Part shown: positions 17,059 to 24,856 of the stretch, piece after piece | Layout of the letters: each line of letters opens with the position of its first letter | How positions within the stretch are numbered: position 1 is the stretch's first letter | From: Syntrophales bacterium | GTDB lineage: Bacteria; Desulfobacterota; Syntrophia; Syntrophales; CG2-30-49-12 | NCBI GenBank assembly: GCA_041648505.1 | Contig: JBAZOY010000006.1 | Span: 332 to 64,331 of the forward strand | DNA length: 64,000 nucleotides | Reading direction: 5' to 3' | The notes under the pieces: model-generated | What the model was told of the DNA's origin: nothing | Database searches by the model: none | What the model saw: only the letters and a program-made list of their open reading frames with translations | Translations under genes and position numbers: made by a program

Positions 17059-19628
17059 TCTCCTACCTCCATGATCTTCAAACTCTCGATGCCCCGGTCG
17101 TCCACGATCTTGACAGCGATGCGCTTGTGTTCGCCCGCCGGAAAGGGCAACGACACCGAACCCCGGTAGGCCTCGATCAACTCCTCGTCAATCTCAGCTT
17201 TGAGGTTCTTCGCCAGTTTCGTCCAGCCTTCTTTTTCTCCTGCCTGCGGGAAAAAGACCTGGCGCGGATAGAGACTGCGCCCGTCATAGTCGGTATCCAG
17301 CAGCCAGATGGCGATCTGATGCGCGCCGCCCGATTCGATGGCGCCAGTCCTGGTGTTGTAATAGTCGAACCCCTCGACGCTGACCCGCCACTTGCCCTTC
17401 TCCTCGCCTTTGGCAATGCGCTCCAGCCTCACATCCGGCTGACCGATGAGCCAGAAGGATTCGTTGCTGGCCCGCTTCTTCTTTAGGTCGTCGGTCAGCA
17501 GATCGGCGTTCATCTGTGCCTTGAGCAGGGTGACGCCCGGCCAATTGGTTTCGTCAATGTCCTTGGCGGCTTCAGGATCGAACTGGAAGGCGGCGAAGAC
17601 AATCAGTTTGGGCCTGGGCACGAGCGTTTGGGCCTCTTCGATGGCCTGGGCCACCTGGCGCTGTTCCAGCGGGGCGTGCTCCGGGCCGAAGGAGACGACG
17701 ATGCGCTGCGGCGCATAGGCCGTGCCAGCTTCACGCACCGAGTCCTTGCCTTCGGCGCTGGGGCGGGTCTCACCATCGGCGTGCAGGTGGCGGCAGCCGG
17801 GCAGGGGTTCCAGCCGGGCAAAACGGATGTGCTGGCCCGCCTTGCCGCGAATGCCCGTGCGCAGCAGTTCGTCGCGCCATTCACCCTGGCGCAGGGTTTC
17901 TCCGGAACGGGCAATGGAGAGATCGGCGCCAAACTCCCTCTCCCTCTGGGAGAGGGTCGGGGTGAGGGTCTCCTCGATAGACTTGACAGCCGGGGCTGGC
18001 ACGGCCTCCACAGTAAACGGGCCGCTGACGCGGTGTTTCTTGCGGTCCACAAGCGGCTGGTCGTAAAGCGTTTCCGTGCCGGGCGGCTCGTTGTTGGCGA
18101 TAGACTTGAGGGTGACGTGCGGCACGGTCTTGTAATTGAAGCCGCTGCCCACGCCTTCCTGCGGGTGGGCCAGTTCGTAGTAGTTGAAGACGGCAGTCAT
18201 CAGCCGCTGCTTTGCCAAGGTGAGGGCCACTCGGGATGTATCGCAGGTAATCCACCGCCGCCCCCACTGCTCGGACACATAGGCGGTGGTGCCGCTGCCG
18301 CAGGTGGGATCGAACACCAGGTCGCCCGGGTCGGTGGTCATCAGGAGGCAGCGCTTTATTGCCTCTGTCGAAGTTTGAACAACGTAGATTTTTCCTTCAA
18401 TCCTGTTCTGAACACCACCAATATCTGTCCATAGGTTGTTTATTGGATATACAGGGAAGTCATCCAAGAAGCGCAAGAACCTTGGTGAATTACCTTCAAT
18501 AACGACCCTTCTGGCCTTCAGCAAACGATATAGTCCTTCCACTTTAGTCTTCCAGTGCATACCTTTTGGCGGATGATAGTTCTTTCCATTAACCTCAAAC
18601 CTCGTTTCACTTTCAGTGGGCCCTTGGCTTGTAAGCGAGTCCACACTGACCAGTTTATCTTCTGGCCACCAATTTTGTGGTATGTTCTTATAACTTCCTA
18701 CAGGCTTGTATTTTGTTGCACCTTCTTCTCCTGCTGCTTTTTCGTTATAGAGCTGCCGGTATTTAATTCTTGCTTTATCCTTTGCGTACCAAACCAAATA
18801 ATCGCCAGCACGGCTCAAGGTCAAAGAGGCGAATCCGCTTGTCGTAGAAAATGAGACAAGGCTGACAAAATTTCCCGCCCCAAACACCTCATCCATCAAT
18901 TCCCGCACGTGATGAACGTTCTCGTCGCTGATCTGCACAAAGACGCTGCCGGATTCGGTCAGCAGTTCACGGGTTAAGAGAAGGCGGTCGCGCAGGTAGG
19001 TCAGGTAGGAGTGGATGCCCAGTTCCCAAGTGTCGCGGAAGGCACGGATCTGCTCCGGCTCGGCGGTCAGATCCTCGTCCTTGCCGTCTTTCACGTCTCG
19101 TTTATTGACAAAGGGCTGGAAATTGGAGCCGTACTTGATGCCGTATGGCGGGTCGAGATAGACCATTTGCACCTTGCCGGCCATGCCCTCTTTTTCCAGC
19201 AGCGAGTTCATCACCAGCAGGCTGTCACCGGCCACCAGACGGTTACTCCAGCCGTGGGCGTGTTGGTAGAACTCAATGGCCTCCCGGAGTGGCGGGTTTT
19301 CCTGCGACGTGGCGAACAGCGAAAACTGCACCGGCGCGGCGGGGTCGGGGACGCGGCGCACGGCCTCGATGATCGTGCGCGGGTCAATGCGCTCGTGGAC
19401 GTGCAGTGAGACGGTGGGAATCTCGAACGACGTGTGCTCCGCCTTGCCCGCCCATTTCAGTTGCGGGTCCAGGTGCGGGTCGTAGGCGTAGGTTTTCTTT
19501 GCTCCGGCGTCCGGATCGGTGTCCGGTGTTACCAGGCCGACAGGCGGATTATTCACCCGCTCTTTGCCTTTATGCTCGTAGGACTCGATCGGTTTTTTTG
19601 TTTCGGTTGTCTTTTTTCTTGCCATCAA
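17055..19628 (-). CDS. mod: Type III R-M DNA methyltransferase, Mod subunit
   Basis: 857 aa. DPPYG (motif IV) precedes [10 protein letters not shown] (motif I), the beta-class order typical of type III Mod. Confidence 0.9.
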   Translation of the reverse strand: MMARKKTTETKKPIESYEHKGKERVNNPPVGLVTPDTDPDAGAKKTYAYDPHLDPQLKWAGKAEHTSFEIPTVSLHVHERIDPRTIIEAVRRVPDPAAPVQFSLFATSQENPPLREAIEFYQHAHGWSNRLVAGDSLLVMNSLLEKEGMAGKVQMVYLDPPYGIKYGSNFQPFVNKRDVKDGKDEDLTAEPEQIRAFRDTWELGIHSYLTYLRDRLLLTRELLTESGSVFVQISDENVHHVRELMDEVFGAGNFVSLVSFSTTSGFASLTLSRAGDYLVWYAKDKARIKYRQLYNEKAAGEEGATKYKPVGSYKNIPQNWWPEDKLVSVDSLTSQGPTESETRFEVNGKNYHPPKGMHWKTKVEGLYRLLKARRVVIEGNSPRFLRFLDDFPVYPINNLWTDIGGVQNRIEGKIYVVQTSTEAIKRCLLMTTDPGDLVFDPTCGSGTTAYVSEQWGRRWITCDTSRVALTLAKQRLMTAVFNYYELAHPQEGVGSGFNYKTVPHVTLKSIANNEPPGTETLYDQPLVDRKKHRVSGPFTVEAVPAPAVKSIEETLTPTLSQREREFGADLSIARSGETLRQGEWRDELLRTGIRGKAGQHIRFARLEPLPGCRHLHADGETRPSAEGKDSVREAGTAYAPQRIVVSFGPEHAPLEQRQVAQAIEEAQTLVPRPKLIVFAAFQFDPEAAKDIDETNWPGVTLLKAQMNADLLTDDLKKKRASNESFWLIGQPDVRLERIAKGEEKGKWRVSVEGFDYYNTRTGAIESGGAHQIAIWLLDTDYDGRSLYPRQVFFPQAGEKEGWTKLAKNLKAEIDEELIEAYRGSVSLPFPAGEHKRIAVKIVDDRGIESLKIMEVGE

Positions 19629-19665
19629 TGACCTGCCTTTTGTATTTCGCGCAATTGATTGGGTA

Positions 19666-19737
19666 GGCTAACGGCGGGCATGAATGGTTGGGAAAAGCGC
19701 AAGCTTTTTTTAATCCATCTCGATGCCCCTGTTAGGC
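19666..19737 (-). mobile_element. attC-like site S1 (72 bp)
   Basis: Minus-strand read: GCCTAAC-AGGGG-CATCGAGATGG...CCATTCATG-CCCGCC-GTTAGCC. Lies between the 169-aa ORF and mod. Confidence 0.7.
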
Positions 19738-19757
19738 AATCCCTCTGAAGGAACAGT

Positions 19758-20267
19758 CTATCTTACACCTATCGCACAGGAACCATTCTTGCGCAGCCAA
19801 ATGCCGATGGACAGATTCTGGAAGACGTTTCCGATCATCGTAACTCCACCCACTTGGATCGCGCTTCCCGTTAAATCAAAGAGTTCCGGCTTAGGAGCAC
19901 CCGTACATTTAACAAAGTACCCGTCTGGCGTATATAATTCTGCGTCCGCCTTGAACGCGTCGCTAACACCGTGGGTTAGTTCGAACATCACTTTATTGTC
20001 AAGACTGCATATGAACTTACCTTGCTGGTCTCTTATGTTGATGCTCGCTTTTTTCCCAGCTTCGGTAGGATAGACTCGGTTGCCTTTAACCTTCGCCAGA
20101 TATGTTCCGTCCGAGTGATAAATTGGTATTTGTGTAGTGAAACCAACACCTTGTTCTTTAATAACCTCTATAAGTGGTGTGTCCTCATACTTCAGAATGA
20201 CAGGAACATTGATAAACGTATTCGTTGCGACGGTTATACTTGGCGACGACTGAAAAACAAGTTTCAT
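19758..20267 (-). CDS. Hypothetical protein (169 aa), single-ORF cassette, predicted beta-rich
   Basis: Intact ORF bounded by attC-like S2 and S1. Internal repeat Y-x-x-DG-x-[YF]-h-x-K/C (IYHSDGTYLAKVKG / LYTPDGYFVKCTG). No family recognised. Confidence 0.55.
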   Translation of the reverse strand: MKLVFQSSPSITVATNTFINVPVILKYEDTPLIEVIKEQGVGFTTQIPIYHSDGTYLAKVKGNRVYPTEAGKKASINIRDQQGKFICSLDNKVMFELTHGVSDAFKADAELYTPDGYFVKCTGAPKPELFDLTGSAIQVGGVTMIGNVFQNLSIGIWLRKNGSCAIGVR

Positions 20268-20289
20268 AATTTCCCTCCTAGATAAACTG

Positions 20290-20350
20290 GCCTAACGCCG
20301 ACATCAGCGAGAGCCAGCTTTTTCGGCGATTCGGTGCATGGCGGTTCGGC
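20290..20350 (-). mobile_element. attC-like site S2 (61 bp)
   Basis: Minus-strand read: GCCGAAC-CGCCA-...AATCGCCGAAAAAGCTGGCTCT...-TCGGC-GTTAGGC. Its centre is homologous to S3 and S4. Confidence 0.75.
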
Positions 20351-20401
20351 AAATCCTGTTGGTTGTCTCATCCTGCATTATTGTATATGCCGTCTCGGTT
20401 C

Positions 20402-21004
20402 CTATATGTCCCGCTCTGGCGCGTCCCCGTCATTCCGCCTAAATGTCTCTGCAATGTCTTTAAGCTTTGCAAGGGTCTGCGCAATCTGCTCAAGTTGTTC
20501 AGCGGCTTTTTTGTCCCAATTGTGGTCAGAAGCGTCGGTCCCTTGAAACGACTTGATGTCGATATGAGAGGTTGTCTTGTGTTTCTTTGGTGTGAATCGT
20601 AGGGCCGGATAGCTCTTATATGTTGCCGTAATATCCAATACGTTATCTCCGAGCCCTTTTTGCAGCCCGTGAAACTGGCCCCATGTGATTATTCTTTTTT
20701 CACCTGCGGCGAATGCTGGAATACCGTGAATCAAAGGGCCGTTCTTCATTGCGTCTGGTTCAGGTGCGTTGCCGAAGCCGAAGGCTCGTTGTGGGATTGG
20801 GCGACTTGCCTGAAATCTAACATCTCTCGCTCGGCCATTACCGATATTCTCTATGACCAAGTTGATAAATGACGGTCGTCGCGAGTCCGGTAATGCGTAC
20901 ACTATAACTTCAGGGTCTCGCTGAGAGCGCAGCACAAGATAGTTGATGATCGTGGATGTAAGGGCAATAACCAGTGCGACAAGGCTAAGTATTTCCGTTT
21001 CCAT
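20402..21004 (-). CDS. Hypothetical membrane-anchored protein (200 aa), single-ORF cassette
   Basis: N-terminal TM helix (ILSLVALVIALTSTIINYLVL), a beta-rich middle and a charged C-terminal helix. No family recognised. Confidence 0.55.
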   Translation of the reverse strand: METEILSLVALVIALTSTIINYLVLRSQRDPEVIVYALPDSRRPSFINLVIENIGNGRARDVRFQASRPIPQRAFGFGNAPEPDAMKNGPLIHGIPAFAAGEKRIITWGQFHGLQKGLGDNVLDITATYKSYPALRFTPKKHKTTSHIDIKSFQGTDASDHNWDKKAAEQLEQIAQTLAKLKDIAETFRRNDGDAPERDI

Positions 21005-21109
21005 GGTCTAAGGTGTTTTCCCCATTAGGCAGTCTTTGCAACAAAGTTGCATGAAGTATTCGATCAGGTCCATTCTTCCGCTTTCCCCATAGTATGAATC
21101 ATTTCATGT

Positions 21110-21172
21110 GCCGAACGATGAGTTCAGCCAGAGCCCGCTGTTTGGGCGATTGGCTCCAACGCCTGGTTGGGC
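21110..21172 (-). mobile_element. attC-like site S3 (63 bp)
   Basis: Minus-strand read: GCCCAAC-CAGGC-GTTGGAGCC-AATCGCCCAAACAGCGGGCTCT-GGCTGAAC-TCATC-GTTCGGC. Confidence 0.75.
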
Positions 21173-21189
21173 CTTATCATTTTGCCTCT

Positions 21190-21810
21190 TCACCTTATTC
21201 TCTCGGCTAAGATTTCTTTCAAAGAGTCCTTCTTTTTTCTATTACAACTGCGGCAAAGCAATCTGATGTTCTCTGCATGTGTTGGGCCACCAAGCGAATG
21301 TGGAATAATATGATCGAATTCGATCTCGTCATCTGGAACATTCTTCTGGCAGACGCGGCACACTTGCCCATCACGACGCACTACTTTCAGCATAATATCT
21401 CGGGGAATTCCTCGTTCGATCCTTCGGTCTTGTTTCGTTTCCGTGAAAGGCTCGGCAGAAAAAAATACCGGGCAAATATGGCCAAAGACAGAGCAACTCA
21501 GTTCTTCCGTCCGATATTGGTTGATCAATTCCCACCGCTTTGGCTCCAGTGACAGGATGGCTTCTATCGCTCTGTTAATCTCCCTAAATGTCTTTAATGA
21601 TCCGCTACGCACCTCAGCGATCCAACTCTTATAAGCCTTTTTCACGTCGCTGAACGGCAGATCATCAGCCGGTAGCGGAAAGAACTCTACCAATGGACCA
21701 TAGGGGCAGTATTTGAGCTCCCAGCATGGCTTGCACACTACGTGTTTCAATCGTGGCTTCTTCGCGTAGTATTCATTTTCCGTGGCTAAGTTGACATTTC
21801 TACTTCTCAT
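21190..21810 (-). CDS. HNH endonuclease with Cys-rich N-terminal domain
   Basis: C-terminal CRVCQ...DHIIPHSLGGPTHAENIRLLCRSCNRKK. N-terminal CKPCWELKYCPYG. An AT-rich promoter-like region lies upstream. Start is ATG 21810 or TTG 21837. Confidence 0.8.
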   Translation of the reverse strand: MRSRNVNLATENEYYAKKPRLKHVVCKPCWELKYCPYGPLVEFFPLPADDLPFSDVKKAYKSWIAEVRSGSLKTFREINRAIEAILSLEPKRWELINQYRTEELSCSVFGHICPVFFSAEPFTETKQDRRIERGIPRDIMLKVVRRDGQVCRVCQKNVPDDEIEFDHIIPHSLGGPTHAENIRLLCRSCNRKKKDSLKEILAERIR

Positions 21811-21949
21811 AGACCGAACATAGATTATCCATACCAATTGACGTATTAAAAAACAGAAAATGATTTTAACTTATCGAAAACATATTACAATAAAAAATAG
21901 CTGTCAATAAACAAATGGTTATATTGAACCGATAAATACAGAAATAGGG

Positions 21950-22639
21950 CTATATGAAACTGCCCGATTCGGTCAGCAGTTCACGGGTTAAGAGAAGGCG
22001 GTCGCGCAGGTAGGTCAGGTAGGAGTGGATGCCCAGTTCCCAAGTGTCGCGGAAGGCACGGATCTGCTCCGGCTCGGCGGTCAGGTCCTCGTCCCTGCCG
22101 TCCTTCACGTCTCGTTTGTTGACGAAGGGCTGGAAATTGGAGCCGTATTTGATGCCGTAGGGCGGGTCAAGGTAGACCATCTGCACCTTGCCGGCCATGC
22201 CCTCTTTTTCCAGCAGCGAGTTCATCACCAGCAGGCTGTCGCCGGCCACCATGCGGTTGCTCCAGCCGTGGGCGTGCTGGTAGAACTCAATGGCCTCCCG
22301 GAGCGGCGGGTTTTCCTGCGGCGTGGCGAACAGCGAAAACTGCACCGGCGCTGCGGGGTCGGGGGTGCGGCGCACGGCCTCGACGATCGTGCGCGGGTCA
22401 ATGCGCTCGTGGACGTGCAGTGAGACGGTGGGAATCTCGAACGACGTGTGCTCCGTCTTGCCCGCCCATTGCAGTTGCGGGTCAATGTGCGGGTCGTAGG
22501 CGTAGGTTTTCTTCGCTCCGGCGTCCGGGTCGGTGTCCGGCGTTACCAGCCCGACGGGCGGATTGTTCACCCGCTCCTTGCCTTTGTGCTCGTAGGACTC
22601 AATGGGTCTTTTCGTTTCGGTTGTCTTTTTTCTTGCCAT
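21950..22639 (-). pseudogene. Truncated second copy of mod (N-terminal about 228 codons)
   Basis: About 96% aa identity to residues 1-228 of the 17055-19628 Mod. Retains DPPYG but lacks motif I. Homology ends near 21958, at the AT-rich DNA. Confidence 0.85.
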
Positions 22640-22679
22640 CTATAATCTTCCTCATCTGATTTCTGTCGCTGCTTGGGGA

Positions 22680-22742
22680 GGCTAACGCCTGGGTCAGCCA
22701 GGGCCCTCCGTTTGGACGATTGGCTGCACCCGGAAGTTTGAA
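22680..22742 (-). mobile_element. attC-like site S4 (63 bp)
   Basis: Minus-strand read: TTCAAAC-TTCCG-GGTGCAGCC-AATCGTCCAAACGGAGGGCCCT-GGCTGACC-CAGGC-GTTAGCC. Homologous to S3. Confidence 0.65.
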
Positions 22743-22793
22743 CAAAGGATTGAATGCGACCTTTCAGATCTCATCAATCCTTATTGGTTATGC
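22737..22793 (-). mobile_element. B-type attC-like repeat, copy B2 (S5)
   Basis: Minus-strand read: GCATAAC-CAAT-AAGGATTGA...TCAATCCTT-T-GTTCAAA, with a perfect 9-bp stem. The ORF stop TAA lies inside R''. Confidence 0.6.
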
Positions 22794-23420
22794 GTCCTCA
22801 TCTTTATCTTTGGCTGCCTTAGAAACAGAGACCTCTAGCTTGCGTTTGCCATCAATGAGTTCCTTAAATCCTTCGCGAAGGTCCTTTTGCTCCTTTAAAG
22901 CCTCCTCACTCACAGGAAAACTCGTGACGTCCATTTTGAGGTGGGCATCACCATACAGTAGTCTGACCAAGCCACCCCGAATCAACCGCTCTTCGGTCTC
23001 AAACTGAGCATGGGCCTCCGGAGCGTAGATTCCTCGCTTAACGTGGACTTCGTCAAAGACGTATCCGAGTGATTTTCCCATTTCCATGAGAAGTTTAGCT
23101 AGAAGGTCGACACGACGTTCTCCCCATATCGGTTGCTGCTTCTCATCGTCCTTCGGGTAGTGGTAGAGGTGATCCAAGTATGTCTTCCAGGCATCAGTTA
23201 CTCCCTTGTACTTCATGCCTTGGAACTCGAGGTCAATCATGTTCAGTGCCTGAACGTGCTGAGGTGATACGGTGGCAGCACGAGTCGCCATCAATATCTT
23301 GAATACATTCAGTTTGCGGGTTTTGTCCTCGCGGTAACGCTCCAGGAGTTTCTGCACTTGAACAGCAACCAGTGGCGCGAGAAGAACCGCAACGATCATC
23401 AGCCAATCTGCTATCCTCAT
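22788..23420 (-). CDS. Hypothetical membrane-anchored protein (210 aa), cassette ORF
   Basis: N-terminal TM helix (WLMIVAVLLAPLVAV) followed by a helical domain (FKILMATRAATVSPQHVQALNMIDLEF). GGAGG RBS. I recall similar DUF-type proteins but cannot verify this. Confidence 0.55.
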   Translation of the reverse strand: MRIADWLMIVAVLLAPLVAVQVQKLLERYREDKTRKLNVFKILMATRAATVSPQHVQALNMIDLEFQGMKYKGVTDAWKTYLDHLYHYPKDDEKQQPIWGERRVDLLAKLLMEMGKSLGYVFDEVHVKRGIYAPEAHAQFETEERLIRGGLVRLLYGDAHLKMDVTSFPVSEEALKEQKDLREGFKELIDGKRKLEVSVSKAAKDKDEDA

Positions 23421-23491
23421 TGCTCGCTTCCTCCGTAATCATTGCGCCGTTCATCCCGACTGCAAGCGGGCGGAGCTGCCGTAAAACCTTA

Positions 23492-23498
23492 GCTTAAC
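23492..23498 (-). mobile_element. Core site GTTAAGC upstream of the first minus-strand cassette (attI-like, or R' of a lost attC)
   Basis: GTTRRRY match 72 nt upstream of ORF 23420. It complements the R'' of S5 (GCATAAC) at 6 of 7 positions. Confidence 0.35.
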
Positions 23499-23797
23499 AA
23501 ACCCTTTCGCGATGATTTGCTGCTCTCTGGAATTTAATCATCCTATGTGTTTATTTGTAAGGTAGTATGGGGAAATTTTCTCATGAAATCAAGAACTGAT
23601 TGTAAGATATTAGGGATTTTATGGTAGTATTGGATGAGTGTCATGGTCAGCATCATGGTGCTCAATCGAAGGAGATGGACAGATTCCGGCCTGTAAGCAC
23701 ATGAACAGGATACCGGAAACAAAGATATTTCGCTTGCCGTTGGTATAAGCGGAAAGATTTATAAGTAATAGCAGGTAACTATTTGTAATTATTTTCA

Positions 23798-23826
23798 TTG
23801 ACAACTCAGTATCATTTTCTTAGTAT
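23798..23826 (+). promoter_or_regulatory. Sigma70-like promoter upstream of the TunR-like regulator
   Basis: TTGACA-N17-TAGTAT, 27 nt upstream of ATG 23853. Confidence 0.4.
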
Positions 23827-23852
23827 TTTATTATTTTGTTGGGAGGGTAGCC

Positions 23853-24770
23853 ATGTCTGAAGAGATGATGAATACTAAAGAGCTGGCTCAATATCTGGGG
23901 ATTCACGAGAAGCAGGTCTATATCTTGATCAAATCGAAGAGGCTTCCGTCTACACGGGTGACCGGGAAGTGGGTTTTCCCAAAGATGTTGATTGACGAAT
24001 GGATTAATTCGAGCGCAAAAACAGGTCTTGAACAGGCCAGAGAGAGAAGCAAGAAATTCGAGGGAGTTCTTCTGGCCTCAGGCAGCAATGACCCCGTTCT
24101 GGATATGCTCCATACCAATATGAGAAAATCGTGCCCTGAATTTTATATATTTTCCGCGAACACAGGAAGTACTGATGGCCTTAAAGCCCTGAACCTGGGT
24201 TATACCGATATCGCCTGGTCTCACCTTTTCGATCCAAAGAGCGGTGAATATAATATTCCTTTTCTTGCGAACTATCTTCCTAATATAAAACCTGTTGTAG
24301 TTAATCTCTTCCGACGTGATCTCGGATTCGTGGTTGCTCCTGAAAATCCTCTCTGCATTCGCGGGTTCGAGGATCTGACTCAGAAAGAGGTAAGGTTAAT
24401 TAACCGGCAGAAGGGTTCCGGTACAAGGGTGCTGTTGGACCATCACCTGAAGAGATTAAATATCCCAACATCCGAAATTCGCGGGTATGAAAATGAGGTT
24501 TATACCCATTTTGAAGTAGGTCTTGCCATTCTCTCCAGTGAGGCGGATATTGGTATTGCCACGATCGCTGTTAGTAAACTCCTCGGCCTTCCTTTTATTC
24601 CTATTACCCAGGAAAGTTTTGACATGATCCTTGATCAAGCGACGTTTTTTGAAAAAGGTATCCAGACCTTCATTGATATTCTAAACTCCCTGGAATTTCG
24701 AAACAGGGTTGAAAGATTGGGAAGCTACGACTTCAAAAATTCAGGAAAAATTCTTTATTCAAAAAATTAA
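23853..24770 (+). CDS. Excisionase-type HTH plus PBP-like domain regulator (TunR-like tungstate/molybdate-responsive regulator)
   Basis: N-terminal MNTKELAQYLGIHEKQVYILIKSKRLPSTRVTGKWVFP (MerR/excisionase HTH) and a C-terminal periplasmic-binding-protein-like domain. Sits next to tupBC-like genes. Confidence 0.65.
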   Translation: MSEEMMNTKELAQYLGIHEKQVYILIKSKRLPSTRVTGKWVFPKMLIDEWINSSAKTGLEQARERSKKFEGVLLASGSNDPVLDMLHTNMRKSCPEFYIFSANTGSTDGLKALNLGYTDIAWSHLFDPKSGEYNIPFLANYLPNIKPVVVNLFRRDLGFVVAPENPLCIRGFEDLTQKEVRLINRQKGSGTRVLLDHHLKRLNIPTSEIRGYENEVYTHFEVGLAILSSEADIGIATIAVSKLLGLPFIPITQESFDMILDQATFFEKGIQTFIDILNSLEFRNRVERLGSYDFKNSGKILYSKN

Positions 24771-24856
24771 TGTGACTATTCAGAATTAAGAATTCAGAAG
24801 GTGAGGGGAGAATATCAGGTAGTATTAAGGTCTTTTGATTGTGACAGGAAAATAAG

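Noticed and set aside
13861-19666. Many long plus-strand ORFs inside res and mod, for example 13861-14709 (282 aa), 15265-16524 (419 aa), 17628-18434 (268 aa) and 19011-19409.
   Set aside because: They are antisense shadow ORFs typical of GC-rich DNA. They are Arg/Ala/Gly/Pro-rich and low in complexity. They are fully overlapped by genes with strong motif support.
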